Shown piece after piece: positions 46,370-59,622 of a DNA stretch of 64,000 bases; positions within the stretch are counted from its first letter, which is position 1, and each line of letters begins with the position of its first letter. The stretch comes from Selaginella moellendorffii (Eukaryota > Plantae > Lycopodiophyta), in assembly GCF_000143415.4 (NCBI RefSeq), contig NW_003314284.1:726693-790692 (forward strand), in the 5' to 3' direction. A program made the translations under genes and the position numbers. The notes beneath the pieces are model-generated. The model saw only the letters and a list, made by a program, of their open reading frames with translations, was not told the DNA's origin and made no database searches.

Positions 46370-49300
46370 ATGTGCTACATAAAGTGACTTGACAAAATGT
46401 TTAAGAGCCAATTTTAGCTCCTTTGAGAAATTGAATGATTAATACTCCTAATCCAAATATGGGTGTCATTACCTACTTGGATACCTTGCATAGCTTATCA
46501 AAACCTTGCTTTAACCATGTGGTTGGGGCACCCTTATGGCAGAAGGTGGGGAAAATACCCACAAGACTCACGTTAGATTGCATTGTTTCAAAATATTGTC
46601 TTAAAACCCCTAATGGTGGAAAGGAAAAGGAGTGGCCCTCTTGCTTAATAAGCAAAAGCATGGTTACATGGTGAGGAAGTCCTAAAGGTTAAAAGGATTT
46701 AGTGAATGGGCTATCGGGCCCTAATCTAATGGCGGTGTTATAACATCCTTAAAATGCCCTAAGACATAAAGGAACATTATCCTTTTTTCCCACTAAATCC
46801 CTCTCTGTCCATGGCAATGCTCACTTACAGTCACAAATGTGACTTTAGATATCAAAAGATATTTGTTGGCCAGTCCTTATGGACACTCTTTCTTTACTAC
46901 TATGATGGCAGAAGGTCAATACAATTTCCCTTTATCGTTCCTACTTGAACTAGTTGAGAAACTGGTCAATGACCTTGTATTTAAATCAGATAAACATAAA
47001 GTAGGAACCCTATGTGTTTCTTGCTCAGCATACTCAACCTAGTTTGAGAAACTCATGTCATTGGCTTACACTTACTAGTATCAAGAACCCTTGCAATATT
47101 AAGATTGGTCCCTCAATATTCGCTAAATGATAGCTTACCACCCTTGCTATCATGCCTTTTGTGTTAATCTCATTCTGGTCTCAAATGCTATTTATGGAAA
47201 GTGTCTAAATTTGCTCATTTGGCATATCTACAGAATATAGAAATTGTTTTAAACACAATAGTGTTTATCCCATATCCAAATTTGCAATTTAAGGACATTC
47301 CATATTTAGTAAGTTTTAAGCTTATCCTAGAGACTAACTCTTAGTACTAAGGGAGGCTTGGGGTGAAAGCCCAAAAGTGTATTTCCTAAGGAAGAGGGGG
47401 GGGGGGAGTTATGGGGGGTTCCAAATGTATAGTAAAGATAGTGGTTGGAATGCATATCTGACTACCTGAAATATTAATTTGGCTTCCACTAAGCTGTATC
47501 ACTCTTTGTTCTGTGTTTGACTTGGGTCTAAGCCCAAGCTTCACACTACTCTAGTTGGTGGGGTACCCTCCTCCTCATGTAAGCCACTCGTATGCCAAAA
47601 TCGTGCTAAATATCGTCTGACACAATTTTGTGTGCAGATGCTAGATATGGGAAGTTGGTACTTGTGGGATTGCATTAGACCCTTGTTTCATAGCGCAATG
47701 AGCTTGGAGTTCAGCTCCAAATTCATGTGCACTACACTAGGAGTGGTTATAGAGTGACCACCATAAATAGATGGTTTAATTTTGAAAAAACAAGATCATG
47801 ATATATATATTGGTAATCCAATGTATTGGATTACCAATAAGATAGTGAGAATGAATATGGTTTTAGTGTAAGAGGCTAGAACATTGGTGGTAGCTTTGGG
47901 TGTATAAGGTGGGACTTGGATACGTGGAGCATTTAAACTAAGTGTGAAGTTAATACAACTTTGAATTCACTTTTAAGGACTTAATAAGTACCTTAAGTTG
48001 GGATTAAGACCTATGGAAGTTATGAATGAAACTCCTCCAAATGGTCAAAAGTGTGGTTAAATGATTAAAGTAGAATGGAAAATTTACTTGCTTTCAACTT
48101 AGTATTAGAGTTGTTTCTTAATTTGACTTTTATTAGCAGTCAAATATATCACTATTTGATATTGACATTTGAAGGTGCTAGGAGTGGAGCTATACTCAAG
48201 AAGTAGCATGTTAAGAGGGTGTGGCTCTCCACTTTAATTTATATGTGAACTTATAGGTATTATACTAGATAATTGATAAAAGAACAACTTTGGGATCTTA
48301 GGAATCATAGAAGGTTTTCTTTAAAGAGCTAAGGATATGATCTATATAAAAGTTTAACTTAGCAAGCTATCTTAAATATAATTGTGGTAAATAATTATGG
48401 TTAGGATTACTTGAAAGATAAAGATTCCTAGATAATAAAGGAGTTGTAAGATTATCCTTATATAGTTGAGAATGACATTCATGAATTTAAGATTGAATTT
48501 GATAACTATGAGTGCTTAATGCAAATGAGAACATATATCTTTGAAATAGTAGTTTGGGCTACTTATAATAAATGCTGGAACAACCCAAGGAGTTGGGGGT
48601 GTACTTAAAAAATGAGTCAACATTTTTATAATGCATAAGGAAAGTTCTAAAGGGTAAAAGTAGCCCATATGAAACAAAAGATAATCAATTATTGAAGTAA
48701 CACATATAAGAATGATCCTTATAAATGGAATATGAATACAATAAGTTGTATTTAAATTATAGCACCTTCAAAGTAGCCAAGACCTTATGGGTTGCAGAAC
48801 TAGTAAAGTCTAAAACCTGGGTGACTCAGTGAAATAAAATGATAGTTCCAAAGTATTAATTGAAACACATTTGGACTGAAATGAATTATGCTCAATCAAG
48901 GACTGGAGGGATCATAAGATCCAAGTATAAGAATAGTAAGTAGAAGGTTTTATGTTAAAGTTGTGAAAATATGTTCATAGAAGAAAAAAACTTTTACAAA
49001 GAGCTGTGTTTGAATATGATGGTGAAAGATTAACCAATATTTAGTATAAATATAGTGTTAGCAAACAAGTAGAATGTATCACTTATAGAGCCCATAGTGT
49101 GGAGACACTAAATATTTTATTAGAAAATGCCTTGAGTGGGTCAAGGTGGTTAATTCATGAAATACTAACCAAAAGAACCTCAATGGAAATAGGAGTTACA
49201 AAGCTTAAGCTAGAAGATAGGAGATTAAAGTGTTTTGATCAAAGTTGTGAAAGCATTGGCAATGAATCATAAGATTTGATAACTATAAGGTAACTAAGCA

Positions 49301-50580
49301 CAAGTTTAATACTATTGATGGGAATAATAAAAATTAACTACTTCTTATTAGAATAACAAGGAGGTTAGATATATCCTTTGAAGGATAAGTTATTTATATT
49401 ATGATATAGTGGATCATTGTCATAAAAATAAATATTCATTGTCTAAAAAGTCCATCATTGAGACTAAAAAAGGCTTAAGAAACTAAGTCCTTAGAAAATA
49501 ATGGATAAGAAGTGTTACTTAAGGTTCAAAGTTAAGGAAAGTTAAAAATTTGTCTATTCAAAGTGAATAAAGCCAAAAGGGATTTTAACACTGGTAATAA
49601 CAAGTATATGGGGGCCCATAAGTAACAACATTAATCTTGGTATATAGGATTACAAGTAGAGTATATCCCAATTGATGAATCACTTCTTAAGTCATTAAGT
49701 AGGTTTATCCCTAAAAATACCTACTAAGATATAGGTAAAAAGTGTAAAGTTACCTTCCTAGTTTAGAGGAAAATAAACAAAAGGAACACATAGAGCTAAA
49801 AAAAATAGTAAAGGGATAGAATTGAATTATAGGAATAAAAAGATATAACTTAGAGTGGTTATACAAGTTATGAGTGGGGAATCAAATGAGTGCTTGAGGG
49901 TTTTATTACTTGCAATCATGATACCACTAAAATATGAAATTGTCCATGTTAGACTAAATGGCAATTACAAAACTTTTGAAAGGAAAAGCCTTAACAAGCT
50001 AATAGTGAAAGTCCCTTTAATGTTCCAAAGATGATTTTGGGTAAGCTAGTACTTAGAAAGCCAAATAAAAATGGTTCATAGGCATATACAAATTTTGAGT
50101 AACATAACAAAAGTATGGTCTTAAAGCTTGCTATGAAGCAAAAGCTATCAAGATTGAGGAAGTAATTCCTACATATTCAAAAAAATATCTTTGAATGGAA
50201 GTTGGAATTTGAAGACTTACCTACTTATGCATAAAACCATATTTGTTAAGTGGGATTGACAAATCAAAAGAATAGGGTTCCTAGTTGAAGAGTTAACTTC
50301 AGAAGAGAGGGCATGTGAGGTCAAGTATGGAGGAGTTTATATATGATCATCCATACATAATCACCTATACATGATCATCTAGTGTGAGAGAACTAAGAAG
50401 GTAAGAGGAATAAGGTTTCTAAGTTATGATATATAATGCATGTATGAAAGACAAGCCAATTAATATAGGTATGAATTTGATACACTAGCATGAGGAGTCA
50501 TACCAAGTATCTTGTATGATGCCACCTATAGATGCATATATGAAGGTTGGGTTAGAATTCTAACTCTTTAGTGCTTGGAG
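46370..50580 (+). mobile_element. Old, heavily C>T/G>A-eroded LARD-family relics (LTR pieces, eroded PBS at ~48100, internal region)
   Basis: Recognisable LTR end AAAGTAGAATGGAAAATTTACTTGCTTTCA followed by TTAGTATTAGAG, then sequence collinear with the internal region. Confidence 0.75.
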
Positions 50581-50599
50581 GGCATTAAGGCATGGTTTT

Positions 50600-51890
50600 C
50601 TTTGCTTCCAGATGAGTGACAATCACTATCTACAATGATTGAAAAGTTTCTCAAGTAGTTTGGAGTGGAGAAAACTAACCAACAACTTTGTATAGAGCTA
50701 TTTTCATTCTGGCAAATGCCGCAAGTGTTAGTGACTACACTATCCAGTTCAAGAAGCATTTGTGTATGTGCTTGCTACAAAGGCTTATAGCATATAAGAA
50801 GCCCATGGTGTCAACATTCATCCAAGGACTCAAGCCTGGAGTGCAGCGCAAAGCCCTCAAACAACAACATGAAACTTGTGAAGCAACATTTGACCACGCC
50901 TTAGAAGTGGAGAAGGACATTCTTTAAGCTTGGCATGCGCTATGACATCCATTCTTAGCCAAGCTTCCAAGCCTAGGTATGTGTCTTTGCCCAGCCAACA
51001 CATATTGTCAATGACAAGATGCCCACAGCAATTGAGTTAGCACTCAACGAGCTCAAGGAGTACTAGGCACTTGTGCAGTAGCAAGCCCAATAGTAGAAGA
51101 AGCTTGTGGAGGAGTTGCAAGCACTCAAAATGCAAAGTAAGACTCAACGGTGTTATTGGTGGTGTGAGGAATGCAAAGCCAATACACATAACACTACTAA
51201 GTGTTGGAAACTCTATCTAGAACTTTGACCCCAGTGTCCTCTGTGTGTGCAGCAACAACCCTTTATGGATAACAGCTCATTGGCATCAATATCAACAAGA
51301 TACCAACAACTACTTGACTAAAGAGTGCTCGAGGCAGCCCCAATTGTTGATCGTGACAAATGCCTTGTGAACACAATTCTCATGCCCAAGCAGCAGTTTG
51401 CCTTGACAAGAGCTCAAAAGAAGCATAAAATAGCTATGCAAGAGCTATACTCTACCTCAACATCAACTCCACTAGCTCCTTTAGCTCCATTTCTCACTAC
51501 TTGCAAATTGCTTTTCCCAAATGCATTTGCAGCAGCATACACATCCTTGCTTATATCTCAAGATCTAGTGTTTACATGCACTCCAAGCTTGACCAGTATA
51601 GGCCTCTATGATGACAAGTGGCTGCCCATGCACTCTCATTGATCAAATCTTGGCAACACCAATTACAACAATCATTGGTGTGCTTTATCACCAATTCTTA
51701 GGATTTTGGCAGCAATTTAAAATTTCAGTACATGCTCTTGGTGGTGTGGCTTCCTCTCTAGCCCTAGATATCTCCCATTTTAATCATCAATGCTAGAGTT
51801 GCTCTCAATCTAGGTGCATTCATTGTCCCAACAACAATTGTGGGCATTGATATGAAGGCTCTTGCTAACTTGGGCTTGGCCACCTATGTC
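50600..51890 (+). pseudogene. gag: Decayed gag/protease of a Tat-related element
   Basis: STFIQGLKPGVQRKAL...ATFDHALEVEKD and WWCEECKANTHNTTKCWKL parallel the gag at 24171-25124. Confidence 0.7.
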
Positions 51891-52747
51891 CAAGACACTG
51901 GTTGTCTAGACCGAGATTCTCGCTGCTTGAGGTGGATTTAGGAGTTAGGAGGACAGGTTGATCTCACGCTTGATCACCTCGCCCCTTCCAGGATGCTTGA
52001 CACCAAACTACGTCTTGTTCAAGAAGCCTGCGAGTTCACTCGGTGGTGGATGAAAGATGCAGAAACCTCTCTTGGGGCTCCATCACGATGGTTCTAAACA
52101 TTTCTGAGGTACTATGAAAGATCTGATGATTTATCAACCAGTTTGGTTCAAGAACTCAGAGTAGTTCAACAAACATAACTTTTTTAAACTTCTAATGCCA
52201 CGAACATGCATCACATTTTACTGAGTACAAGCGGCACTCCATGCATAGGCTTCAAGTCAAACTTCATCCCAGGATTATGGCAGTAGTTCGGTGAAAGCCG
52301 GAACAAGAATTGCTGTAGTATTATAGCCAGAATGACTTTGGCTTCGATCATTGCAAACGACTGGCCACGGCCCAAACGAAAACGGCATGAAAGCATTGGG
52401 ATGCTTGCACGCTCTTGAGATCCCATCTTTGAAGCGATCCGGATTGAATTGGCCTGCATCTTCTCCCCAGAGCTCCTTATCCTGATGCAATCCAATGATT
52501 GGAAACGACACAGATACTCCTTTTGGAACGTGTAAATCTTGCAGCCAAGACTCCTCCACACACTCCTTGGTCATCTCGATGGCTGGTGGATACAGCCGCA
52601 GAGTTTTGTAAAGGATCATTCCCACCTGTTCAAGAATCAAGACGTTAAGTTTTGGAATTAAGATATCTTGATCGACGTACGAGCTTGAGCCTGCTAACAC
52701 TCTCACCATCAGGAATCTCATTGCCACATACTTCGTGTACCTCAGGA

Positions 52748-54192
52748 GGAAGAAATGCATAATACAGCACCCCTCACTCTTACGTGGTTGCTCCTTTGCC
52801 ACGCCCCTACACCCTAAATGTTTAACGACTAACTCTAAATTAGTAACGTTAAACTTTAATTAGTAGATGCTGTTAATGGATATGTTAACGACTATAATTT
52901 TATAATTAGCCAGTGAATGAACGGCTATAATTTATAAGTATATAACCTACGATTCATTGTGTTTTATGTTTGTGCTCCTTATATTTTCTTTCTTATTTTA
53001 TTCATTCTCTTTAGTATTATGGCTAGATTGGAATATGTAAATCATGCTCAAGATAGTAGTCTTTCTTTTTCTGATCTTATTGAGAGAACTAATAGTAGGG
53101 TAAATTCTTTTCCTTTTTGTATTATGGTTAGTCTTCTTCCACAAGAGAGAGAATGTGAAAGATGCCATCGACCAATGAGATATCGATCTGATAATCGAGG
53201 TTGTAAAGATGGTTTAAAGTGGAATTGTAAAAATTGCAATACCATAAGATCTCTTAGAACTAATACATGGTTTGCAAATAGTAATTTCACATTTACTCAA
53301 ATGCTTAGAGTGATGTATTGTTGGTGCATTAAAATGCCACAAGATCAATCTCGTATTGAGTGTGGTATTAAAAGTGAGCATACGACAACAAATTGGTACA
53401 ACTTTTGTCGTGATATTTGTATTATCACATTACAATGAAGTAGTCAAAAGATTGGTGGTCCAGGAAGAATTGTGGAAATTGATGAAAGTTTGGTAAGTGG
53501 AAATATAATCGTGGTAGAAGAGTAGAAGGTCAATGGGTTTTTGGAGGAATTGAATGTGATTCAGATCGAATGTTTATGGTTTCAGTGGCTGATCGTACTA
53601 CACAAACTTTAACTGATATATTATATACATATGTCGAACCAGATAAGTTCTATTTCTATTATTATTCTTAGCTAATCATTATAATTAATTTTTTAGGAAA
53701 AATTATATATAGTGATTGTTGGGCTGGTTATGATTTAGAGTGGTTGAATCAATTGAACTTCACTCATTATACAGTCAACCACTCCCAGAATTTTGTTGAT
53801 CCCGTGACTAGAGTTTATATAAATCGTATTGAATCAACATGGAATGCAGTGAAAAAATCCCTTCCTTGCTATGGTATAACAAAAGGATTATACAGCTCTT
53901 ACTTTCAAGAATATATTTGGTGAAAAATATATATTGAAAGAAAGGAAGCTATATTTAATATTCTATGCAGTCATATTAAGCTATACAATCAAGATAATGC
54001 TGTTATAGTAGAATAAATAATATATTTGATTTTTGTACTTTTAAATACTTAAAAATAGTTGAAAATAATATACTAGAACAATCTTTAATTTATAGTAATG
54101 AGGTGGCATGTGCATGTAAGCAATAAGGTAATCTAAATAAGCAAATGAGGCCCACCCTAAATAAGAGGGGGTGCTATATTGTGCATTCTACC
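52748..54192 (+). mobile_element. Merlin (IS1016/IS1595-ISXO2-like) DNA transposon, decayed
   Basis: Imperfect TIRs GGAAGAAATGCATAATACAGCACCCC / GGTAGAATGCACAATATAGCACCCC. 8-bp TSD CCTCAGGA / CCTCAGCA. Removing it restores the CYP frame ECVRAEVHEVCG. Confidence 0.88.
53019..54016 (+). pseudogene. Merlin transposase (zinc ribbon plus DDE), with stops, a frameshift and one intron-like segment
   Basis: CERC...WNCKNC...SLRTNTWF, KIGGPGRIVEIDES, YNRGRRVEGQWVFGGIE, IYSDCWAGY, VNHSQNFVDP, IESTW. Confidence 0.88.
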
Positions 54193-56163
54193 CCCTCAGC
54201 ACGAACACATTCTTGCCATTCAAGATAGCCTCCCAGTAGCATCAAAGCCCAGGTTAGTAAGATGGCTGTGGTCTCATGGCCCGCAATGTAGAACGTCTTG
54301 TATTCCTCTATCAGATCCCTGCTTGTGAAATTGCTGCTGCTGTCACACTCCTTTAGCATCAGTCCAAGTAAGTCATTCCCGTATGTATTGCTCCCCCCTG
54401 ACTTCATTGAGTTCCGACGCTCGTCTATGATCCTAGTGATCAGAGAATCCACTGATGAAGTTTCCACAGTCGGAGGTTGATTGGAAGAGGGAGAAACCTG
54501 TAAGCAAATGATTATGATTCAGTTCAATAGATGATCGAGCATACCTGAAGCCTGCAATCCAGGAAAAGCTGATGAGCTTGGGCAGTAGCTCTGGGATTTT
54601 CTTAGACAATATCTCGAAAACCCTCTGCCCTTTGAGATAGCTAGTTCCAAATGCTGTATGGGAGATAACGTCTCCTGTGAGCTTACGCACCTCTCCAGAG
54701 ATTTCAATCTCGGGATTCTGCTGCCTCGTAGCTTCCCATTGATCAAGCATGCGAGATGCACACCCTGCGATTGTACCTGTACAGGAGAATCAGAAACACT
54801 TATCAGCGAGACATCATGAGAAGATAATAGTATGAATACCCACTTTAATACGTTCATGAAAGAATGCCGGTGCTACGAGTCGGCGGTGATGACTCCATTC
54901 CTCTCCAGTAACAGAAACCAATCCACGACCAAGGAACAAGTTCGCGAACCGCAGCCCGGCCTCCGATTTATCAAACTGAGAAAACTTCTTAGACAAAACT
55001 TCCCTTACGATCTCAGGCTCCGAGACCGATTTCCTTGGTTCAGTTCCCCACCAGACACAAATCTCTTCCCTGGACCATGATCATCAGAAACGAAGCTTTG
55101 AGATTCATCAGGGATGACAAGAACATACCATATTGCTTCCGCCATTTGAGCAACGCAGGATGTACCCGATGGAAGATGTCGTGGCTGAAACTTTCCATGT
55201 CGTGATCCTTAATGGCGCTCCTCATGTTCTGGATTTCAGCTATTTGGCCTACCATGAATCGGGGTGGAGGCCCCTGAATGCCCTCCTTCTTCAGCTGCGC
55301 CGCGATCACCCTGGGGCGCCACCAGTAGACCGTCACGAATCGCCATAGCGCTGCAGTGAAGAGGACGATGCAAGTGCTCAAGCTCCATCTCTCTTCCACT
55401 TGCTGGACTATAAAACCCAGCCTTCATAAATTATGAGAGCCCAGAGCTAGCTCTCGTGGCATTTCCTTTAAGAGGATGATTGCCCGACCGTGTTGTTTCT
55501 CCTCTAAACAATCACTAAAGAAACCACTCACTCCCAAGGGAATTCCTGGGTAAAATTCGTAAAAAAAGAAGATAAAACTATGGATCGATTCTCTGGGTAC
55601 AATAATGTGCCATGACTTTCTCTCGCGTCTCATTCCAATTTTTACTGCCCAAAACTCGCGCTTTCTTTCCGCCATAGCCGTATGCTCATGTCATCGCGGT
55701 GGTCTTGTACGCTGTACACGGCGTACGTCATTCTCGGTAGCGTACAAACACCTGTATTCACCCACACTGTAGAGATTTTTTGCGTCGTTCCTTTTGGCTT
55801 CACTGCGCAGTGTATTTTAGACTCTGGGAGGATTGCATTGTAGCTCTTTGTTCTCGGCGTAGACGACGCTGGAAATAGTTCGCCAAGCTTTTCCTTTCAC
55901 AGGTGGCCCATGTCCACCAACTGAGAAAAATCACCTTGACTTTGACTTTATCGCCCAGTCAAAGAAAACACGGGCAGTCAAATCTTATGCTCCAAATCTT
56001 CGTTCAAACTTAAAAAAATATTCCGTGCTTGCCACTCTCTTCTCCTTAAGAGTTAAGTTAGTTCTCTCCTCGCACTGACTTGCAGTGTTTGTGTTTCACT
56101 TGGTCTCTTCTATCATCTACCTATATAACAAACTCTTTCTCACATAATTTCCCAAGCATTTCA

Positions 56164-56835
56164 ATGGAGCTTGCTGGATTTCTTTTGATCCTCTCGCTGT
56201 GTGCCACCTCCGCCCACGCCCAGACCACTCTCGTCTTCGCAAACAACGCCCAAGGAACCGCCGGCGGTAGGCGCTTCGACTCCGTGGTGGGCGCCCAGGG
56301 AGCCTTCACCATCCTCTCCGACGCCATCGCCTTCGTCCAGTCCACATTCGACTACTCCAATCCATCCACGCCCAAGAAGAGCGTCGCCAGGATCACCTTC
56401 ACGGTCGACGATATCGGCGGCGTCGCGTACACCAGTAACGATCAGATCCATCTCAGCGCGTCATATGTTGGGGATTACAGCGGCGATGTTGCGAGAGAGA
56501 TCCGGGGAGTGATGTTCCACGAGATGACTCATGTGTGGCAGTGGAACGGGAGAGGGGGCGCTCCCGGGGGATTGATCGAGGGGATTGCCGATTTTGTGAG
56601 GCTCAAGGCGAATCTGGCACCGTCGCATTGGGTGAAGCCCGGGGCGGGGAATCGGTGGGATGAGGGGTACGATGTTACTGCCAGGTTTCTCGACTATGTC
56701 AACAGTCTAAGCGCAGGCTTTGTGGCCAAGCTCAATGCCAAGCTTGCAACTGGGTGGAGCGAGAGCTACTTCCAGGACTTAACCGGGAAGAGCGTTGGAA
56801 CCCTTTGGAGCGATTACAAAAAAAAATACAGCTAA
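56164..56835 (+). CDS. Plant basic secretory protein (BSP / PR-17 / NtPRp27-like), zincin HExxH
   Basis: Signal peptide MELAGFLLILSLCATSAHA, GGRRF, GVAYTS, HEMTHVWQWNG, GLIEGIADFVRL, WDEGYDVTARFLDY. Intronless; TATA-like CTATATAA upstream. Confidence 0.93.
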   Translation: MELAGFLLILSLCATSAHAQTTLVFANNAQGTAGGRRFDSVVGAQGAFTILSDAIAFVQSTFDYSNPSTPKKSVARITFTVDDIGGVAYTSNDQIHLSASYVGDYSGDVAREIRGVMFHEMTHVWQWNGRGGAPGGLIEGIADFVRLKANLAPSHWVKPGAGNRWDEGYDVTARFLDYVNSLSAGFVAKLNAKLATGWSESYFQDLTGKSVGTLWSDYKKKYS

Positions 56836-59622
56836 TCATAACGAAAAATGATTCAATATATATTAGTAAATACCTTAAAATAAATGTGATGAAAAGGATT
56901 TTTATAATACTTATATTTATTTAAAGTTTTTAATTTGCTTAAGCAAACTAGGATATTTTACCATCTAAGTGTTGTTATTCATTTAGATTAATTTTGTATT
57001 TATAATTTATAAACATGTTTATAATTTATAAATTTTCTTAAACCCTATTTAGTATATTCATTTCTATTTTGCCATCTAATGGTTGATACTCAATAAAATT
57101 AATTTTGTGTTTATAAATTACAAATAAAGCTTTATTTGATCAATTGGATTAATAAGTTTGATGCAAATTCTTTAAAAAATAAATGACATTAAAAATCTTA
57201 GAAGTATAAGAAACGCAGAGGACAACAATTTCTTCTCGAGAGTGAGCAATGCGCCGGAGGAATGGAAACTTCTCAAGTGAATGTCAATCGTCTCTCTCTT
57301 CTTGCTTTGATTTTTACCCTACTTTATCTCCCTGCTGAGTTGATCCCACCATTTACGCTGATCTAACTCCTTCGTAGTGACGACACCGATAACAAAGGGT
57401 TGCAAGCTTCCGAGTGAATCAGTTTGCTAACGCGACGTTTTCTCTTGATGGTGCCAGGTAATAACATGCTTCGCGAGGTTGAGAGGATGGCGAGCATGTG
57501 GCATGACGACAAGAGGAACGCGAGAGCTACAATGCAATGATAAACTGAGTCCATGACTAGCACGTTTCACCCCCTTGTCACTCGTGGGACCTAGGGCCTG
57601 GGGAGTTGTTATGTTCTCAGCTTCCACTGTCTCCGCCGGTTTGTAAGTTGCATAGTTTTACTTGTCGTTCTTGTTCTATTACTGATTCCCTGCACAGAGC
57701 ATGGCTTGTTTGATCAGTTCGATTGCATTCAGCAAAATCTGGAAGTTCACCATGGGTGATGCTACCATTTATGCTATGCACTAAGTCTTCTTAGACAGTG
57801 TCCAAGTTTATCTGGCTGATTCCAAGTTAAACTCTTCATTTTTCCTTCATGTTATCGCGAGCGGCAGTGACACACCGTTTACACCTAATCGCGCATCTCC
57901 GATTTCAGAGATCGGACAAAATCAAACTTCCTCTACAAACGAGACGGAGGATGGGGTGACCGAACACCAATCTTGCTGGTTTCCTGGGCTCGTGGAGCTT
58001 GGTTATCCAGATGAGATGGTCGCACAAACTACCTTTGTGCAACCCATGTTGCTTCTCATTGCCGTGCGACGTGATGTTCAGAAAAGGCATCGCAAGACGA
58101 CTGCTCTGGGTGCACTTCCAGGATGTCCATCGAGAGGATATCAGGTTCAGGTGCTCAAAACGGCTCACTACAAGGATATCTCGGTTTGCTCAGGTTTGCT
58201 CGGATAGAGTTCCTCATGCTGCCTCTCCATTTTATTCACAGCAAACCTGATTCGTGGCTCAATTTGGGACACACAGATGCTTGGATTTTGCACACTCGCC
58301 GAGGAAGTGATGTGATAATGGCCGTGGTGGTTTTGCTACACCACCTTGCAGTCTCTCTGAAACTAGGAGCCACCAGCAACTCCCTCATCCACTCCTGCTT
58401 CGGCTAATCAAGTGAACTGCACACAGCGTTCACAGAACCGTGGCTGGTGTGAACACCACATGGATAGCGCATCATCTGATCTGGTCCTACCTCAACACAC
58501 AAGTTCTAGGGATGGTAGAGGTTTTGGACACAGCAGTACCACTAGAGGTGGATGTGGTATGTTTTCTAATTCATTGTTTAGTGATACACTCTTTTCTCTA
58601 GGTGGTATATGTCTTGCCACCTTCCAGATTCTGTAGGCTAGACGGTTATATATATTCAATGTGATATATTAGAGATATATCCTTTGGCAATGCATTGTCA
58701 CTTTTCATGGTATTGGATCTGTTGTGATGTGAAAAAGTTCGACTCTTTTTACATGACTCAAGGGACATGACTCATGACCACGTGGACATGCCACATCAGC
58801 TAGTGAGAACTACCTTGGATTTAAAAGGATGGTGCAAGGAGGCTGACAAAAAAAGAAAGTCAAAAGATTATGGCTGAAGAGAGAGTTCTTGGCGCTGCAC
58901 GAGGTGCTGGGTGCTAAGACAAAGAGGCGTTGCCAAAGGAGACAATACCAGGGAGCAAGCTGTGTGTTGTGTGCGGTGTGGAGCACAAACTGTGCTCTAG
59001 ATGCTCCCAGTAGGGGCACTAGACAGTGCTGGACGGCTGTCTAGAGGTGCTGGGCAAAGCCACTGCACAAGGCACCACAAGGCAGTTGCTATCTAAATTA
59101 AGGCAATGTCAGGCACTGGCTAGAAGCATTGTGATTCTTGGGCAGGATGGATAGCACATGAACATAGCTCTCATATATTAACCAAAGAATGAGCTTTGGG
59201 TTCCCTAGGAATATTAGAGGAAAAGAATATTTTTATATGATTAGAGAGAAGTTTAGATAGAAGGGTGTGGAGTTTTTGGAGCCTTTTGTACAGACTTGCT
59301 AGAAATATATCCTCAAAAGGGCAATTGCATTAAAAAACAGAGATGGTGGAGCAAGAAACTACATTTCACCCACCACGGCATCAAGTACCTAATATTGGCA
59401 GCAATATTAGAGAAGAAAGAGTTACAATGTCTTCATTTCACTATAAGTATCAACTAGAGAACTCCATACAACAATACTAAAACGTACAGCATATCTAGCC
59501 TCTAGAAATTTTAGTTTTATCTTAATTTATTCTTTATTATTATAATATATTGTGCAATGATAACAAAATTAAATGTATATATGTAGTAACATGTAAGCAT
59601 TTAAAAAATATTAAAACATATT

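Larger units (their letters stand above)
52211..55399 (-). pseudogene. Cytochrome P450, CYP72 clan, pseudogene
   Basis: WWRP...GIQGPPPRFMVG, GLVSVTGEEWSHHRR, DVISHTAFG, FYIAGHETT, KTLRLYPP, FNPDRF. The heme Cys is deleted (FSFGP|GQSFAMIEAK); frameshifts and a transposon insertion are present. Confidence 0.9.

Noticed and set aside
57360-59170. Short ORFs and GC-moderate sequence between BSP and the lectin gene
   Set aside because: No recognisable domain or consistent exon structure; possibly decayed gene or TE fragments.
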